This document shows positions 61,381 to 64,000 of a stretch of DNA of 64,000 nucleotides, in pieces. Each line of letters opens with the position of its first letter. Position 1 is the stretch's first letter. The stretch covers positions 18,583-82,582 of the forward strand of contig CAVOTD010000081.1 in NCBI GenBank assembly GCA_963698995.1, read 5' to 3'. Origin of the DNA: an uncultured Alphaproteobacteria bacterium. Its GTDB lineage: Bacteria; Pseudomonadota; Alphaproteobacteria; ATCC43930; CGMCC-115725. Under the pieces are notes generated by a model. That model ran no database searches and was not told where the DNA came from. It saw only the letters and a list, made by a program, of their open reading frames with translations. Made by a program: the position numbers and the translations under genes.

Positions 61381-61765
61381 ATGAACATCGGAACGCTTTT
61401 GGCGGGCGTATTGATGACGGGCGTGCTGATCGCGGCACCGGGCGCGCTTTCGCCCAGAGCGATTGCACAAAGACCGTCCCGCCCTCACCCTTCGGAAAGG
61501 ACGATCAGACAGGCGCGACCAATCGCGTGACCGCTGCTGTAACCAAAGCAGCCGCAGCGGAGATCCAGACCGGCAAGGTCACGACGATGACCAACCCGCT
61601 GGTCGACGGCGTGCCGCTCTTCGGCACCCGCTTCACCCACACGATCCTGACCTCGACCACGATGGCGCCGGGCGCTGCGCTCGGCGAGAACAACCTGACT
61701 TACATGGAGGATACCTGGCTCAGCCAAAGCCACGTCGAAACCCATATCGCGGCGCCACTCAGCGC
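61381..61765 (+). pseudogene. N-terminal fragment of a cyclase-family (kynurenine-formamidase-like) protein, frameshifted and truncated
   Basis: RBS ggagg plus ATG 61381 gives the signal peptide MNIGTLLAGVLMTGVLIAAPGA. The frame then shifts to FAQSDCTKTVPPSPFGKDDQTGATNRVT..NLTYMEDTWLSQSHVETHIAAP. Homology stops at about 61765. Confidence 0.4.
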
Positions 61766-62119
61766 GACCCGCTCGATTTTGCCGTCAGCGATGAATACGC
61801 CGCCGGTCGCTCGGCCGCCGGCGAGCGCCGCCACAAAGGCGACGGCGCCACCCTGATTGAGGGCGAGACCAGGGCGATCGGTAAAATCCGCGATGTGCTC
61901 GCCGCCGGACATGGCCTCGCCCATCGCGGCAAGCTTGCCGATGCGATCGCCGATTGCGATGAACAAACCCTCCTCCGCCTGGCTGCGCGCGAGGCTCGCG
62001 AAAAACGCGACCTCGCCGTTGCGGTTGTTCGGCGCCGGGATGGCGTGCCCGGCGATCTCGAAGCCACCGAAGCTGCCGCCGACCGGCGCGGGTTGGCCGC
62101 TCGAAACAAGTCGCTGCAA
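61751..62119 (-). pseudogene. Internal fragment of a protein with NxxGxVAF-type repeats (no start, truncated)
   Basis: ..PAPVGGSFGGFEIAGHAIPAPNNRNGEVAFFASL..ALNQGGAVAFVAALAGGRATGGVFIADGK... Two repeat units are read from ORF 61700..62341, whose N-terminal part overlaps the ABM gene and is spurious. Confidence 0.3.
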
Positions 62120-62258
62120 TATTGCTGTCGGCGCGCTCGAGCTTGCCGTTTCGCCGGCCGCGCACCCGTCGAGGTCCGCCCAAAGCGCTGCCGGACACAG
62201 CCCGAAAGCCGTGGCGAGGCCGGCATGCCAGTATCGAACAGAGCCGGGCGCGCCGGCT

Positions 62259-62549
62259 TTAGCGGGTCCGCTTGTACTCGTAGTCCTCGCGTTCGCCATG
62301 GCCGACGCGCAGCTCGGGCCGCAATGCAGGTCGCGTCGCATTCAACTTGGCATGAGTGTCCAGAGCCGCTTGGTCGGACCAACGCTCCAGCAACACCAGC
62401 TTGTCGGGGTTGAGCGCACTCTGGAAGACCTCGAATTGCTCGCAGCCGGGCTCTTTCATGCATGCTTCGCAGCGCGCCTTGTAGAGCTGCGCGAGTTCGG
62501 AGCCTTTTCCTGGTGCGGCAGTGATCGTGACTACGAGTTGGACGGCCAT
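62259..62549 (-). CDS. Antibiotic-biosynthesis-monooxygenase (ABM) domain protein
   Basis: Start MAVQLVVTITAAPGKGSELAQLYKARCEACMKEPGCEQFEVFQS..LVLLERWSDQAALDTH (ATG complement 62547-62549). Confidence 0.75.
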   Translation of the reverse strand: MAVQLVVTITAAPGKGSELAQLYKARCEACMKEPGCEQFEVFQSALNPDKLVLLERWSDQAALDTHAKLNATRPALRPELRVGHGEREDYEYKRTR

Positions 62550-62765
62550 GTCGTGTCCCCTGTGCTCGCCAATCGATGGGAAAATCATATGCCGAGGCCC
62601 ACCACTATGATCGGCGCGGTCATTCGTCAAGGATGACCATTGCCGATCAGGCGGACTTCGGCGTTCTTGTTTTCGCGTGAATGTTCAGGTTTAATTCCGC
62701 TGTCGCAGCAAGCGCGGCTCGGCAGCGTATATTGCTCCACAGTCGACGCGGAAGGGAGGGCAAAT

Positions 62766-63341
62766 ATGGCGCCGGCGCGGGCGGCCCCGCAGACATGCGA
62801 TCTTCCGTACAAAAGAGCCAGGTTGCTCGCGATTATCCGGCATCAGTCGTTGCTGCAAGACCGGAATTTTCGCCTTGTCTCCGGCCGTTCCAGCAATTTT
62901 TTCTTCGATATGAAAAAGACGATGTTCGATCCGGAGGGCGCCGCGCTGATTGCCGACCTTCTGTTTGACGCGATCCGGACAGAGAATGTCGATTTTATCG
63001 GAGGGTTGGAGACCGGTGCGATACCGATCGTCGCCGCCCTCTGCGCGCGCAGTTGGCCCGATAAGCCGCTGAAAGGGTTTTTTGTCCGCAAACAAGTCAA
63101 AGGCCACGGCACCGACCAGCGAGTGGACGGGCTTCTCGAGAAAGGCTCGAAAGTCATCCTTTTCGAAGATGTCACGACGACCGGCGGCTCGGCGATGCAG
63201 GCGGTTGCCCAGGCTCGCCAATTCGAATGCCCGGTGGTGAAAGTGATCTCCGTGGTCGACCGCCTGGAAGGCGCCGAGGAGAATTTTAGGGCGGCGGGAA
63301 TCAAGTTCCAGGCGCTGTTTACGTGGCGTGACTTCAGTTGA
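62766..63341 (+). CDS. pyrE: Orotate phosphoribosyltransferase-type PRTase
   Basis: ATG 62766 with RBS gaagggaggg. FRLVSGRSSNFFFDMKKTMFDPEG, PRPP loop VILFEDVTTTGGSAM. Confidence 0.65.
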   Translation: MAPARAAPQTCDLPYKRARLLAIIRHQSLLQDRNFRLVSGRSSNFFFDMKKTMFDPEGAALIADLLFDAIRTENVDFIGGLETGAIPIVAALCARSWPDKPLKGFFVRKQVKGHGTDQRVDGLLEKGSKVILFEDVTTTGGSAMQAVAQARQFECPVVKVISVVDRLEGAEENFRAAGIKFQALFTWRDFS

Positions 63342-63700
63342 CCAAAACGGTCATCGATTTGGCGGCAGCCCATCTCAAGCGCCAGTTTCTGTATCAGACG
63401 CAACGCAACCGGTTCGGCAGCTTGGATGCGCTGCTCGAGCTCGCGATATCCGCCAGGGGGTGCGTCGCGTCTTCGATGTCGTCGAGCCGGGCGACGGTGG
63501 CTTTTGTCCTCGAAAGAGTGCTCGATCAATGCGCCGAGGATCTCGACGGCCGCCCGGTGCCGATCTCGGAAATCGCGGAATTGGCCGACCGCTTTCATGA
63601 TCCGGTTGCCCGCGCCGTCGAATACCTGACGGGGGCCAACGACGACCCGATCGACGTTGCCGCAGCACTGATCAAGGCCCGCCCGCCAAGACACCGCTGA
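63338..63700 (+). CDS. Hypothetical protein (120 aa, TTG start)
   Basis: ORF only. Overlaps the pyrE-like stop by 4 nt. Confidence 0.3.
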   Translation: MTKTVIDLAAAHLKRQFLYQTQRNRFGSLDALLELAISARGCVASSMSSSRATVAFVLERVLDQCAEDLDGRPVPISEIAELADRFHDPVARAVEYLTGANDDPIDVAAALIKARPPRHR

Positions 63701-63841
63701 TCGCGACCTCAGATGAACCGGAGTATTGGCTCGGCGATCATGCGGTCTCGCGGCGAATGCGTGTTCGAGAATCGAAAAGCCATGCTAGCATCATTCGCGA
63801 AGGACGCGCCCGCCCGTTGCTGCCGTCGAATAGGGGAAGAG

Positions 63842-64000
63842 ATGAAGCTCTGCAATTCGATCGGCCCCAATCCCAGGGGTCTGCGCATCTTTATGGCGGA
63901 TAGAGGATCGGCGATGCGCCCCGAGGAGCGGGCGAAGACGCGGATGTGGACACGGCGGATCGCCCGCAACATCCTCAAGCCGACGGCGAACGGCTTTATG
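63842..64000 (+). pseudogene. Glutathione S-transferase-like gene with an apparent internal deletion (continues beyond the window)
   Basis: MKLCNSIGPNPRGLRIFMAD... jumps directly to ...RPEERAKTRMWTRRIARNILKPTANGF. In GSTs of this type, as I recall them, these two blocks are separated by roughly 60 residues. Confidence 0.35.

Overview
High-GC (~64-65%) alphaproteobacterial chromosome segment. Gene content and REP-like hairpins look Bradyrhizobiaceae/Nitrobacteraceae-like, but the taxon is inference only. I found no rRNA, tRNA or CRISPR array by eye.

Layout:
- 1-15.9 kb: guaB 5' part, a NitT/TauT-type ABC importer locus, and a Dpp/Opp-type peptide ABC operon followed by two decayed tandem copies of its binding-protein gene.
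- 16.8-19.25 kb: an AT-rich island encoding a polytopic-membrane / patatin-like phospholipase.
- 19.3-24.7 kb: a cupin-TAXI-TauD-aminotransferase operon with a divergent PadR regulator.
- 25-42 kb: housekeeping genes (moeB-like, cysK, Rrf2 regulator, coaBC, ubiB, mutM, enoyl-CoA hydratase, groES-groEL with a CIRCE operator, pyrC).
- 42.25-42.65 kb: a GIY-YIG mini-cassette.
- 42.7-50.8 kb: an eroding aromatic-oxygenase neighbourhood.
- 51.6-62.3 kb: an IS-rich accessory region.

Most interesting candidate: a lower-GC three-gene module at 52.3-55.7 kb. It encodes a membrane-anchored TIR protein, a protein with six 47-aa TPR repeats, and a FecR-domain protein. It has no NTPase, SIR2/SLOG, CD-NTase or Argonaute partner. 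It sits exactly where a SAM-adenylate-cyclase gene is truncated and is followed by IS1380/IS1634 elements and a second FecR paralogue.

Second theme: frameshifts cluster in particular genes (two binding-protein paralogues, ubiE, a thiolase, an HpaB-like gene, a Rieske alpha subunit, an outer-membrane protein) while adjacent genes are intact.

All calls come from reading the sequence and the ORF track. No database searches were run, so family names are pattern recognition, not search results.
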